Of a stretch of DNA of 54,605 nucleotides, positions 31,201 through 38,083 are shown in pieces (the first letter of the stretch is position 1; each line of letters opens with the position of its first letter). This DNA comes from a virus (Duplodnaviria; Caudoviricetes). The stretch spans positions 1 through 54,605 of the IMG/VR virus record IMGVR_UViG_3300012953_000041, one strand, 5' to 3'. A program made the position numbers and the translations under genes. The notes under the pieces are model-generated. The model saw only the letters and a program-made list of their open reading frames with translations, had not been told where the DNA came from and made no database searches.

Positions 31201-31988
31201 ATGACCAAATGAAAGTACAATTAGTAAGAACTCCAGCAGCTAATGATGTAATTGATGTATTACACTTTGCAGAAAAGATAAGTACAGCAAAGTTTGCATA
31301 TAGACAATTTAAAGATATGTTGAATAGAACACACTTTAAGCGTTTAGATAAAGAAGTTACTACTTTACGTGAGCCATTGAATAGCGATGATTTACGTATT
31401 GAAGTAGTTGACGGTACTAATTTGTCAGTACCTAGTAAAGGTCAAAATATTCCAGGTGTGCTTTTCATACACGGAGAACGTATTGAATATTTTGTAAAAG
31501 ATGGGAATACATTGAAACAATTACGAAGAGGTACATTAGGAACTGGAGTAAAATCTTCCTATCCAGTAGGACAAAAGGTATTTGATCAGAACATAAGTAA
31601 GACTGTACCGTATAAAGATATGACACAGTCGCAAAGTTTTGTTGCAACAGGGTCTAATAATACATTTACATTAGGGTTTGATGTTGGAACATATAATGAA
31701 ATTGAAGTATTTTCAGCAGGAAAACGTCTAAGAAAGACATCTTTGCAGTCATTTGACCCAATGATTGCTCTTGATAGTCCTGATGGTGATGTAACACTAC
31801 CAAAAGAGTTTGAATTTAACTCTAGTACAAATAGTATTACACTAAGTGAAACTCCGTTGCTTAATACTAAAGTAACAGTTATTAAAAAGACAGGACAAAC
31901 GTGGACAAGTACAGGAGAAATGTTAGGAGATGCTGAAAATTCAATAGCTCGATTCTTACGAGCAGGAACATCGGCGCTACCAGAATAA
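16203..31988 (+). CDS. Giant multidomain baseplate wedge / virion structural protein (gp7-like, 5261 aa)
   Basis: Follows gp6 with TAATG coupling. KFYRGFIAEKGT, EEWAI, YIKEVKPY motifs of wedge-initiator-type proteins. FG-GAP-like propeller repeats, W..Y..G..V.Y aromatic repeats, I...G.GY...P repeats, V.VNG Ig-like repeats. Confidence 0.75.
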   Translation: MAYNNFQNESPLPVPGAKVKNISVEFLPKFFRTEANRKFLQGTLDQLIQPGVAEKLSGYIGRETAKAYTPKDNYIGDVSADRNNYQLEPAAVIKDNLDNVIFYKDYNDYMNQLGSFGANKDNHSRINNQESYGWNPNIDWDKFVNFREYYWLPNGPSTVAVRGQSKEIVSTYTVTTEDQGDNVAYVFNDGLTRNPTIKLYKGQTYRFEINTPGHPIAFSISRTFTPGSAILTAGSEGIRADGQFDGALYGNNYDQGDFVVLPSSGSVTFEADENVSTLYPTGITKYGKEGETISVVYVDEGTIEFTVPENAPSRLYYISKNNVDTSGLIKIYDIAENSAINITDEVLGKKTYTSANGVVLSNGMKVEFQGEVTPAKYDNNQWYVEGVGDKIKLINDKDLIIPAAYSTDKLIPFDTDAFDALPFADAKAFAEKKDYITVNRASPDRNAWSRYNCWYHKDVILASETYNQLPNSLDETTRAKRPIIEFEAGLKLNNFGVFAKTDVDLIDVFTKDVFSTIEGSAGYNIDGIDLADGMRILFTADTDNLVGGRIYKVNFVTINKVRQINLRPETDTDPINLETVLVTNGTKYAGTSFHYDGTRWVQSQQKTANNQHPMFEVFDSNTHSFSDTAYYGSTTFAGSKVFSYKQGIGNNDPELGFPLTYRAITNSGDIVFNFNLLNDEFTYQTETDLLTQKIDTGYLKKYKSLTSFDYVNAFSSLPTNTRQMIVKQYDATSTKLNNFEIDVYEKAGELNDLRVNVYVDNKLKVHLQDYQIDRTNGFAVVRFNKDLNVDQVVKIKTHSLAKKTANGYYEFPHNLERNPLNEDITEFTLGEVIDHVDTMIEDVQDFRGVYPGRSNLRDSGETDHFGKRFVKHSGPINVPLYHITNKDFNIVKAIKYSKNEYSRFKRKFLETANNLGYDGPIKQHVDKILNELNKEKLKSEPFYFSDMLGYGDANRIEYTVLDEKTTTYPITTSFNLTSLSAKSINIYLNGKQLVHNKDYTFNTDGYAVITVTKSEGDIIEIFEYETTDGSFIALTPTKLGLYPKYCPELTIDDSYISQRTNQTGPFKLYGCENQTTKSHKGKVGWFYPLYTSEEEAIAADSDSSADTGSAHTHVFEGLSQIFYMPSTQANHAVQDDLTYDEYPIGVAMIRGHDGSYIKAYKDFRDELLLDLERRIFNNIKVNYSSDLLNIDDFKGGEHTTNEFSRAEVDNSLAGDFNQWLRLVNGAEYTEHNFYDPNDSFTFNYASAKTPLGNDMPGFWRGAYMYAYGTDRPNATPWEMLGFTMKPTWWEATYGPAPYSGDNLVLWRDLEEGRIKEPGKAELVNPKYARPNLTKHIPVDSQGKLKSPRDSGYIRGFVRKDAVNGWKFGDHGPVETAWRRSPEYPFAVLLAFLLNKPAKVMGLGFDVSRTQRNLAKQWVHSDTNKPIQMSIAKLPNTYKDDTRVLTCGLVNYIYNLVSSDVLSVYTDYKNNLANLKNQLGFKVGGFTDTNKFNLILDSRSPTQQLERDGIFVPQESFKVFSNTSSPLEMATYSGVSVERAGTGYIIRGYNNINPNFEYYKPIQGSSKITVTVGGISEASQEWSGNTLYERGMIVQYKNEFYRAARQFTSGTTFTIDGFAKLEELPITGGRTAFFFRDFDNTEVHTLQYGTKLNNTQEVVDFMLGYNARQKELGFTFNEVDSFNEKVENWQNTAREFMFFTTQGWAAGTVITLSPGASKIQFDRDFVVVDNLYDKFYDYSILKANGQPLQADFNGLIRDGNSFGLAVEDTDDGLYHITLPLVQKEHVVLLENQTSFSDIIYQPKSGYRQDRIKVSGYRTDDWNGGLNLPGFLYDDAEITDWTQWRDYKIGEIVKYKQFYYTAKNNIPGSKDFQSVRWLQLNEKPTPELTANMDYKANQFTDFYDLDSDGFDDEQQRLAQHLIGYQKRQYLANIINDDISQFKFYRGFIAEKGTMNSLTKLFESLGDGTNSALDFYEEWAIQTGRFGATDAIKQVEYSLKEELMTETPQAFELVNTLPETNYEKVYRILPSEVYDKEQDYNHAPFPTKVIGANDEYIKTGGYVSEQDVSFVAGSIPELSLGDVNAIQLGEYIWIIETGKDSWSVYQLIPVDCKVTAATVQTDRLSSDGLRLIELELDTWADIPGDGIRPLIIQSDIIGVRGAQEFKLNGLYAIDKDGVNLNKITIKADINADIEDFLDQSYQIVKFREVRRATIDELNVSRYNMYENQKVWIDSFLGDWAVFENKPVYTNNQTIYNPSEFDSTSQQFSKSVAITDNNNDVFVAAPGDGTGKVTHYKRTDEKNNLVLDDVIEIASDETMLSIGSTTRFGESVSVSPDGEYLVVGIPNASGVKTKFKGAFDKTQTYTKGDTVKYRETLWKANRGILPEISSQPFTTFDTYVNLAASADADSTTLQLLVAGDPGLANNTVDHILVRAPTDMYLGTSVGDTVSLYWNQRSFAYPTLTNYQPFGGAITEITGAFLTGNHVIQHKVDHVLFITTFVTLPTVGQTVTTTTGSATVCYVGTKEDSAVVYLKDTNGIFSVSDELFINETVFVGFYTEASTYNTSTTVDGFWYISTGFQYSNAGTYYDTGRGLVYADVRLASSTRALNTYSNIQQAVGNIGTYLKNRNRASYITHLSYRGDPGGVEADQLSNKWVVRGSKDFTDTLSANDTTEFRIYNLDNRTIDVTTPGFTYDILNKQQTVVDLWDGYIDFTFDEFDFNGNVFEPVIGDIISDVQIPNDGQGGLAITTQTTSTAEVVFYRRNFNSVRVYVKALSGDWGQLTNIGKYSIQREANTSVRGAGDVARIMGTVADVDNDIAVGTDIIGKLIVFEHSSNFSVVANPEIVDEEYWFFNENTEQGISRLPNPPYSLNKDYTQVFHLDATSAGTAGPNDAGAIGIYRRRDDGMYSRQYLLVSEHQKANRKFGKKVKIVQTGNYYTLAVSSEGLGTREDPGSIEFYRHGYTAAQEDSFQGPYQLKSYLLDDIVLFQDQYYKCIKAAASTNFITDPIYWENISWKSGRDRNYRGVWDNTYSYEKGSIVAYNDVLYKSKTNIAAGAVWETTNWETLSSNIDYLGILPNRTSKAYYGENIFDPIQNITQFSDDFDLSANGDVLVTTSKQVLTDSTQDIAVVVYREVDDKFQFSQMITKPDTLNGFADKISLNPAGDKIAVSSPLRDTTRINQGVVFIYNQNASGVFGTPTTSLKINWTEVAAAVGQMSTGNLTHPLIPFLQTKHTDGRIYADASLSNTVSDSTNQQTIDITAQDTLAFHKYATDPTDESIDNFAWIDTVVKPALLKLSATYPTVFTSVSKGETNPTQVLLPPQDEESERFGYNLDFGKDTLAISSLNGDQKIDTKFDTYEKTLTDSYQLDVTSTKKEVRTTFDNKFTTFKNIKIDKGVVYLYEILENKVSQSEIISYPLIQTNFGEHMYVNNNHLYIGMPQQFDTTYRGGLVDFRKQPNSFAWTQIRSSVTPVDVDKIKGTFLYNKKSNQIITYLDFIDPIQGKIAGVAEQEISFKTRYDPAFYNTGELADDNVDPNRHWAENYVGKVWWNIEAARFAHPYQGTTNFQKNTWNTQLEGSVINVYEWVESPLLPNTWDGFADTDEGLAQGISGISLHGNQKYTTRLVYDNVSKSFSSLYYFWVENKKTVPSIKSRKLSIRNIAALIADPQNQQYRYVSLLSKDKFLLTNCNDLVSNDDVVLNIKYTNNSIDKQRQNSHNQYQILTKGLDTSIPNADIQRKWFDSLIGFDTKQRSVPNQEIPVKSRYGIQERPRQGMFVNRFEALKQFIERVNVVCKENLLADEYNLDALSQKEPLPTLLSGEYDHKISTYSEITFISTSKVTPAKLTPIILNGKITRVDITDAGRGYKVPPKIKINGVGENAEIKLTIDTLGKVTSAIVENQGSGYNESTSISVRRYTVLVESDSTVFNKWALYSWNEAESVWFRRSIQDYDVTNFWDTIDWYEDGYNQFTEVDDIIAGSYLLTSLDNAIGNTVKITSVGSGGWLLLEKIADEDTEDYTVNYKTIGRQNGTVQFNDKLYDYSKNTVGFDNRSFDSFFYDNTPSKELRIILNAIKDNIFVGTLAVEYNELFFASLRYVLAEQVGADWLFKTSFVKAKHNIGPLYQDITFNNDNLANYEAYIKEVKPYSTNIREFISNYANIEPTNSSVSDFDLPPEYSKQNKAIEPSKAQVVDGVVVSAPNSVATYPRKHWADNNSYQVKEIKVSEPGTGYTYTPTVKIISSEGTGATARAYLGYGKITKIEVLTPGTGYIKTPVVQIEGPQTEGSTKANATAILGNGVVRSPKIVTKFDRTSGKVYYSSLAQEVTLEGSGTNLIYNLEWPMDLSNSKVEVWVGKDNNSLIEQLRSAYTFKNVENTTAGYTREQGQITFTTPPANAFKIKVKYFRPISLLSAEDRINFAYSPSAEMYGKELQQLMTGVDYGGVQVRSFEFDKPAGWDSQGWYSDSWDTFDNTFEDEVFYSDGSTNAVQLTKPLANGIMYNFYLNGVRIDDPNYDNSTLNKNPSAITNSVIGDGVTQVLDLEVLGIRVLPSDILIVRKTTSDGSVLPDSESYDTALSGGDLAYKTATGINAEDIIVDGDGFVTPTTSGGPEELVPGQVNDTLDIKVFTRDSAGQGMIHSQSYIMSSATVYDLGVIPRTSEAVFVKVNNILLTSSQYVINWASNSITLNSATPGAELNIIAMAQGTQKVLDFGQGESLAGQSDYLTTVDWQKDTSVFVSVNGVATDVEIFNSEDSGAPIAKIGIRFKTPRTVSGETIHYTVFSDKTKINYSQVSKDQFEADGSTSQFILSQTPFYSLPNEHNIIVKVDNKILNPGYNIQHTVDADNTREFKIETFQEPIGANAAGDIKVFVDGVEKFTPNEWRFDIANSSIVLADTVGEPGSTVEIFAITDGDYRINGKIVSLDTTPTAGQKVEIFQFSNHDLLGIERINYDVVSRSVLVAEDVQNVTYNRLTVGEIPLRKKAVDAQYVWVSVNGELLTPSVDYSVTDDQMKVQLVRTPAANDVIDVLHFAEKISTAKFAYRQFKDMLNRTHFKRLDKEVTTLREPLNSDDLRIEVVDGTNLSVPSKGQNIPGVLFIHGERIEYFVKDGNTLKQLRRGTLGTGVKSSYPVGQKVFDQNISKTVPYKDMTQSQSFVATGSNNTFTLGFDVGTYNEIEVFSAGKRLRKTSLQSFDPMIALDSPDGDVTLPKEFEFNSSTNSITLSETPLLNTKVTVIKKTGQTWTSTGEMLGDAENSIARFLRAGTSALPE

Positions 31989-31991
31989 ATA
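31986..31991 (+). promoter_or_regulatory. Late promoter TAAATA overlapping the upstream stop codon
   Basis: gaaTAAATAcagtatAGGAattacaATG. Confidence 0.7.
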
Positions 31992-32007
31992 CAGTATAGG
32001 AATTACA

Positions 32008-32610
32008 ATGAACGATAATATGCAAGATAAAAATGGAGTACTAGTTCAAGGACATATAAAGATCTTTGATCCTAAGTCAAAAGAAGTATATGTTGAAAAA
32101 CGTAATGCAATTCATTATGAAAATATGAGTATTGCGTTAGCAGAAAGCTTGAGTAATGAAGGTGCTGGATTTATATATGAAATGAGTTTCGGTAACGGAG
32201 GAACGTCGGTTGATCCTACTGGTATTATTACATACCTTACACCTAATTCAACAGGTACTAATGCTAGTTTATATAACCAAACACATACAAAAGTAGTTGA
32301 CGAAAGAAGTGTAAATAATACAGACGCTGCTAGAAATAAAACAGAAACCCGACACGTAAGCGGAACAAATTATACTGATATATTAGTTTCGTGTTTGTTA
32401 GATTATGGCGAACCAAGCGGACAGCAAGCATTTGATAATGCAACTGATCCTGATAATGCATATGTATTTGATGAATTAGGATTAAGAAGCTATAGTGCAT
32501 CAGGCACCGGACGTCTTATTACACATGTAATTTTTCATCCTGTACAAAAATCGTTGAATAGATTAATACAAATTGATTATACTGTTCGAGTACAGAGTTT
32601 AGCGGGTTAA
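32008..32610 (+). CDS. Baseplate wedge / fibre-attachment protein
   Basis: Position between the giant wedge protein and the fibres. FGNGG and FDELGL...LITHVIFHPVQKS..R.IQIDYT.R resemble fibre-anchoring baseplate domains. Confidence 0.55.
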   Translation: MNDNMQDKNGVLVQGHIKIFDPKSKEVYVEKRNAIHYENMSIALAESLSNEGAGFIYEMSFGNGGTSVDPTGIITYLTPNSTGTNASLYNQTHTKVVDERSVNNTDAARNKTETRHVSGTNYTDILVSCLLDYGEPSGQQAFDNATDPDNAYVFDELGLRSYSASGTGRLITHVIFHPVQKSLNRLIQIDYTVRVQSLAG

Positions 32611-32620
32611 GGAATAGATT

Positions 32621-34681
32621 ATGGCATATGCAATTAGTTATACTGACTCCGTAAACAAAGGTAATATTACTGTTGAAGATAATACTATCAATGCAGAAAC
32701 TACGATAAGTCTACCTGGTAGATTTACAACAGCGTATGGCCAAGCAATTAGTGAAAACTTTTTACATTTATTAGAAAATTTTGCTAATAGTACAGAACCT
32801 CTGCGTCCTGTTGAAGGCCAACTATGGTATGATACAACAACAGGAGTTGATCAGCTTAAAATTTATGATGGAACTTTTTGGCAAGCTGCGGCAGGACTTA
32901 AAAAAGCAACCTCAGAACCAGCAGTTGCAAATTCAAGTGCTGGTGATTTATGGGTTAACACAGGTAGCCAGCAATTATATTTGTTTACAGGCTCTACTTG
33001 GGTATTAGTAGGTCCAGAATTTACTGACGGTTTACTTACAGGTACAAAATCTGAAGCTTTAGTAGGAACAGACAACGTAACATACAAAGTAATGTCAATT
33101 AAAGTTCAAGATAAGACAGCTTTTATTATTAGTGACAGAGAATTTACACCAAAGACTGCTATTGCAGGATTTACAACTGGAATCAAAGCAGGAATGAATG
33201 TTAGTTCAGTAGCATTATTTGGGACTGAAACATTAAAATATTACGGTACAGCAGAAAAAGCAGATGCATTAGTTGTTGGCACACAAACTATTCCTGCATC
33301 AAACTTTGTCAGAACTGATCAAACTTCAATATCTAATTTTGATTTAAAAATTAAAAATAATGATGGTATTATTATTGGAACAGGCGGACAACTAAGTTTA
33401 AATGTAGACGGGGAACAAGCTGTTATACAACATAACACTAGTGGTTCAAATATTGATTTTAGATTACGTAGTGGAACAACAACTCCTACAGTAATGCGTA
33501 TTGACGCAAGTGGAAAAGTAGGAATTAATAATAGTGCTCCTGAACAAGATCTTGAAGTAGCAGGCAATATAAAGGTTACTCCTAAATCAGGTGTAGCAGG
33601 ATCAGGATTTTTACAAGTTACTAGTACCACAAATAGTACTAGTATTAGTACTGGATCAATTATTACATCAGGCGGACTAGGTGTTGCATTAAATTCTTAT
33701 ATTGGCGGAGATCTTGATGTTGGTGGAATATTACAAACAGGAAATATTGCTCCTGATGTAGGATCAACAAGAAATATTGGTACATTAATTAACAAATATG
33801 ATAGTGTATATGCTAATACGTTTATTGGAAACGTGCAAGGTAATGTTAGCGGTACAGTAAGTGGCAGAGCAGGATCTGCAGATAAGCTAGCAAGTGCTAC
33901 AACATTTTCAGTAAGTGGAGATGTTGATGCTGCAAGTTTTGAATTTGACGGACAAACAGGCGGAAGTACAAAGACATTTAATATGTCAATTGCAAATACA
34001 TTTATTTCTAGTAAAACTGTTACATACGATGCGGCAAATTCCGATGAATTAATAATAAACAGACCAGCTGGAGCAACTGGCGTCTTTAGAATTACTAAAG
34101 CTAATTTTTTAAAATCTATACCATTAACTCCGATAGGATCAATGATGATATATGGTGGTACAACTGCTCCTTTAGGTTGGGTATTTTGTGATGGATCAGA
34201 AGTTAGAAAATCAGATTATAACGATTTATGGCTAACAATTGGATTTAACTTCAAAGATGCTTCTCTTATTTCAGACTCTGGAGTAAACTTTTTTGCATTA
34301 CCAGATATGCGTGGTAGATTCCCATTAGGTTTAGATAATATTGGCGGTGCAAGTGCTAGCAGGGTAACTGATAATACAGCAAAAACAATTGGCGGAGCAT
34401 CGGGTTCTGAAACTACGTCAATAGGAGTTGGCAACTTACCAGAACACGAACACGACATGGAAGGCGATAGTGGAACACAGTACTATGCAACCAGGGTTGG
34501 CACTGGATCTCCAACAGATACAGGAGCGATTCAACTATCTATTACTTCAGGCTCACAAGGAACACAAGGTTTAGCTTCTAGTGGTGGTATTAAAACAACA
34601 GCAACATTAGGTACAGCATTAAATACTATTGATCCTTACCTAGCTGTTAACTACATTATATACACTGGAGTGCTAACATGA
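32621..34681 (+). CDS. Tail fibre protein with tail-collar domain
   Basis: N-terminal ENFLHLLENF / GQLWYDT module shared with the next two genes. C-terminal PIGS...TAPLGWVFCDG...FALPDMRGRFPLG collar and HEH metal-binding motif as in gp12-type fibres. Confidence 0.85.
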   Translation: MAYAISYTDSVNKGNITVEDNTINAETTISLPGRFTTAYGQAISENFLHLLENFANSTEPLRPVEGQLWYDTTTGVDQLKIYDGTFWQAAAGLKKATSEPAVANSSAGDLWVNTGSQQLYLFTGSTWVLVGPEFTDGLLTGTKSEALVGTDNVTYKVMSIKVQDKTAFIISDREFTPKTAIAGFTTGIKAGMNVSSVALFGTETLKYYGTAEKADALVVGTQTIPASNFVRTDQTSISNFDLKIKNNDGIIIGTGGQLSLNVDGEQAVIQHNTSGSNIDFRLRSGTTTPTVMRIDASGKVGINNSAPEQDLEVAGNIKVTPKSGVAGSGFLQVTSTTNSTSISTGSIITSGGLGVALNSYIGGDLDVGGILQTGNIAPDVGSTRNIGTLINKYDSVYANTFIGNVQGNVSGTVSGRAGSADKLASATTFSVSGDVDAASFEFDGQTGGSTKTFNMSIANTFISSKTVTYDAANSDELIINRPAGATGVFRITKANFLKSIPLTPIGSMMIYGGTTAPLGWVFCDGSEVRKSDYNDLWLTIGFNFKDASLISDSGVNFFALPDMRGRFPLGLDNIGGASASRVTDNTAKTIGGASGSETTSIGVGNLPEHEHDMEGDSGTQYYATRVGTGSPTDTGAIQLSITSGSQGTQGLASSGGIKTTATLGTALNTIDPYLAVNYIIYTGVLT

Positions 34682-36546
34682 GTTATCAATTAAATAAAAC
34701 AGACGGTACACTACTTACAGCATTAATTGATGGACAAATTGATACAGCTAGTACTAATCTTACACTAGTAGGTAAAAACTATACTGGATACGGCGAATCT
34801 TTTAATGAAAATTTTATTAAATTATTAGAAAACTTTAGTAATGCTGCAGCTCCTTCAACACCGTTAACAGGACAACTATGGTGGGATACAACAAACGCTA
34901 GATTAAAAGTATATGACGGTACTATATGGAAAGCCAGCGGCGGTCCATTTGTACAAAATACTCAGCCTACAATGGTTGCAGGAGATTTATGGATAGACAA
35001 TTTAAATAACCAACTTTATGCATTTGATGGAACTGATACAGTACTAGTTGGTCCGCAATATACAACTACTCAAAAGAAAAGTGGTTTTGAAATTAGTCAA
35101 ATACTTGACAATCAAAGCAGATCAAGAACAGTAGCCAATCTTTATATTGGCGGTACACTTTCAGCTGTGTTAAGCTCTATACAGTTTACACCTACTTATG
35201 CTCAGAGAGTAATAGGATTAGTTGATCCAACTACTAATCCAGATGGTATTATATACGAAGGCGTTAATATTATTAACGATTCCACATTTAAGTGGCACGG
35301 TGTTGCAAATAGTTCATTAGGTCTTACAGATGCTGCAGGAGTTACTAAAACAGCTGACCAATTTTTAGCATCTAACGCTAATGATGTTACAACTGGCGCA
35401 TTAACTATTCAAAATTCAGGTGGTCTTACAATTGGACTTTCACAAAACAATGTGCAAAAAGTTATTGGTGAAAGATTTTATGTTGAAAATCAGTTATTAA
35501 ACCACGATCTAAGTTTAAGAGTACGTTCAAGTCAATTTAATTCACTTATTGTCGATGCTTTATACGTAGATGCTAGTACAGCAAAAGTTGGTATATTTAC
35601 AACTAATAGATTGCCAGCATATACACTAGATGTTGAAGGTGATATTAGAGCTACAGGTAATTTAATTGTCGAAGGAACATCAACTACTATTGATACAGTA
35701 ACATTAAGAGTTGAAGACAAAAATATTGAACTAGGTTATCAATCAGATAGTACAGGCGGCGATGATGTTGGCGCAGAAGGCGGTGGTGTTACACTTCTTT
35801 CAACTGATTCCAACAAAGAAATTAAATGGCTTGGCTCGACAGATGCTTGGACATTTAATAAAAATATTGACTTATCAGATACAACAAAATCGATTAAAAT
35901 TGGCGGGCAAACTAAATTAACAAATACTAGCTTATCAAACATTTTATATGCTGATGAGCTAACCAGAGTGGGTACACTTACATCATTACAAGTTGATTCT
36001 ATTGGCATAGACGGTAATACTATTAGTAATTCAGCTAGTCCAATTAACATAAATGCCACCGGCGGTATTAATTCTACACCAGGAGGCGCAGTAACGTTTA
36101 CAGGTGCACCACAGATAAAAGGTGTAGGTGATCCTACTGATATACAAGATGTATCAACTAAATCCTATACAGATACAGAAATTGCAAATGAAGTAATTGT
36201 AATGGGCTTTGATATAACAGGATTAGGAACAGGCTCGACGCTACAAGCGGCAGTAGCAGGCTATCTAAATGATCTATATCCTGCAGCAACTATTAACACT
36301 GGCAAACAAGCTAAACTTCATTGTACATCGTATGCTAATGCAACAGCAAGTGGCATTGATGTTAACTCAGCTAAAACAATTAGTTATATAGCTGTAGATT
36401 CTAATGGAACGCAGAACGAATCAGTAGTACAAGACATTGTATTTGCTGGTGCTAGTGGTAACGTTTCATTGTCCGCAACACGTAGTTTGATGAGGTATCA
36501 ATCAAACGGAACAGCATGGGAGTGGCAGGCAACGACTGCTTATTAA
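34678..36546 (+). CDS. Tail fibre / baseplate fibre protein (paralog 2)
   Basis: Same N-terminal module (GKNY.GYGE..NENF..LLENF, GQLWWDT). Beta-rich shaft motifs (KVGI, VEDKNIELG). Confidence 0.8.
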   Translation: MSYQLNKTDGTLLTALIDGQIDTASTNLTLVGKNYTGYGESFNENFIKLLENFSNAAAPSTPLTGQLWWDTTNARLKVYDGTIWKASGGPFVQNTQPTMVAGDLWIDNLNNQLYAFDGTDTVLVGPQYTTTQKKSGFEISQILDNQSRSRTVANLYIGGTLSAVLSSIQFTPTYAQRVIGLVDPTTNPDGIIYEGVNIINDSTFKWHGVANSSLGLTDAAGVTKTADQFLASNANDVTTGALTIQNSGGLTIGLSQNNVQKVIGERFYVENQLLNHDLSLRVRSSQFNSLIVDALYVDASTAKVGIFTTNRLPAYTLDVEGDIRATGNLIVEGTSTTIDTVTLRVEDKNIELGYQSDSTGGDDVGAEGGGVTLLSTDSNKEIKWLGSTDAWTFNKNIDLSDTTKSIKIGGQTKLTNTSLSNILYADELTRVGTLTSLQVDSIGIDGNTISNSASPININATGGINSTPGGAVTFTGAPQIKGVGDPTDIQDVSTKSYTDTEIANEVIVMGFDITGLGTGSTLQAAVAGYLNDLYPAATINTGKQAKLHCTSYANATASGIDVNSAKTISYIAVDSNGTQNESVVQDIVFAGASGNVSLSATRSLMRYQSNGTAWEWQATTAY

Positions 36547-36562
36547 CATATGATCAAAACGA

Positions 36563-36579
36563 TAAATAACATATAAGTA
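36563..36579 (+). promoter_or_regulatory. Late promoter(s): TAAATA (36563-36568) and TAAGTA (36574-36579)
   Basis: Two motif copies 11 bp apart upstream of a GAGG RBS. Confidence 0.7.
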
Positions 36580-36595
36580 CTTTAGAGGAACTGCA

Positions 36596-38071
36596 ATGGC
36601 ATATCAAATAGACAGATATAATAACACGCTTTTAACTAACGTTGAAGACGGGACCGTTGACCAAACTACCGATTTAAAATTTATTGGTAAAAATTACGCA
36701 GGTTACGGTGAAATACAGAATGAAAACTTCCTGTTTTTATTAGAAAACTTTAGTGGAGCAACAGCACCGGCTAGACCGTTAAGCGGGCAGCTTTGGTATG
36801 ATACTTCAGTTTCGAAATTAAAATTTTATGATGGAACAAAGTGGAGAACTAACGGTGGTTCTGAAGCATCAACAACACAACCTACTGGATTATCAGTAGG
36901 TGATTTTTGGTGGGATACTACCAATAACCAACTATATGTTTATAACGGAACAATTTTTGTATTAATTGGTCCTCAAAATGCAGGCGATGGCATAACTCAA
37001 ATGCAAAGCTTACAGTTACTTGATACTAATGGTACTACTAGAAATGTTATTGCAGGTACATTAAATAGTGAAACTGTAATGCTTATTAGTGCAGTTGAGT
37101 TTGATATTGCAACCAGCAACGCAATTACAGGATTTGATAGACTTAAAAAAGGTATTACACTAGTTAATACTAAACTTGCAACTAATGGTGTAACTACTCC
37201 AACAGGTCATTATTTTTGGGGAACAGCATCAGACAGTTTAAGATTAGGCGGAGTAGAAGCTTCAAACTTTATTCAAGCATCAGCAGGAGGTGCAAACACA
37301 GTATTTGCTAATATTGTTGAATTCCCAGATGCAGGAATACAGATTGGTAATTCACAAGATTTACAACTATTAGTAGAAAATGGCGCAGACGGCGTCATTC
37401 AAAATATTACTGGAAACAACAGTAAAATAAAAATAAAAAGCACGAACGGTGCAGGCACTAATACGCACTCAGTTACGTTTGATTCAACAGGTATTTTACC
37501 AGCAGTAGATAACACTTTTGCATTGGGAAGTGGAACTTTTCAATTTTCAAATGTGTATGCATTAAACTTCACAGGTGAAGCATCAAAAGCTACTGCCTTA
37601 AGAGTAGGCACAGACTTTAGAACAGCAAGTTCAGCGGCATCAAACAATACAGTAGCAGTTCGAGATGCTACAGGAAATATTGCTGCTAACTTATTCCAAG
37701 GTACTGCTACACAAGCACGTTATGCTGACTTGGCAGAAAATTATGCAACAGATGAAGAATATCCAGTAGGTACAGCAATTGCAGTAGGCGGCGATGAAGA
37801 AGTGAGATCCGCAGGAGTTGGCGATATTTGTATTGGTGTTATATCAGACAACCCAGCATACTTAATGAACTCAGAAGCTGAAGGCCAAGCAGTTGGTTTA
37901 AAAGGTAGGGTTCCTGTAAGAGTTAATGGTCCTATATCAAAAGGACAAGCAGTGTATGCCTGGAAAGATGGAGTATGCAGCACTATTACAACTAATGCAC
38001 TAGTCGGCGTAGCACTTGAAACAAGTACTGAAGAAGGTGAAAAGTTAGTTGAATGTGTGCTAAAAGTTTAA
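36596..38071 (+). CDS. Tail fibre protein (paralog 3) with C-terminal intramolecular chaperone-like domain
   Basis: Shared N-terminal module. C-terminal YADLAENY...GVISD.PAYLMN...GRVPVRV.G...G..VG.ALE, typical of autocleaved fibre chaperone domains. Confidence 0.8.
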   Translation: MAYQIDRYNNTLLTNVEDGTVDQTTDLKFIGKNYAGYGEIQNENFLFLLENFSGATAPARPLSGQLWYDTSVSKLKFYDGTKWRTNGGSEASTTQPTGLSVGDFWWDTTNNQLYVYNGTIFVLIGPQNAGDGITQMQSLQLLDTNGTTRNVIAGTLNSETVMLISAVEFDIATSNAITGFDRLKKGITLVNTKLATNGVTTPTGHYFWGTASDSLRLGGVEASNFIQASAGGANTVFANIVEFPDAGIQIGNSQDLQLLVENGADGVIQNITGNNSKIKIKSTNGAGTNTHSVTFDSTGILPAVDNTFALGSGTFQFSNVYALNFTGEASKATALRVGTDFRTASSAASNNTVAVRDATGNIAANLFQGTATQARYADLAENYATDEEYPVGTAIAVGGDEEVRSAGVGDICIGVISDNPAYLMNSEAEGQAVGLKGRVPVRVNGPISKGQAVYAWKDGVCSTITTNALVGVALETSTEEGEKLVECVLKV

Positions 38072-38083
38072 GGATTTTAACTA

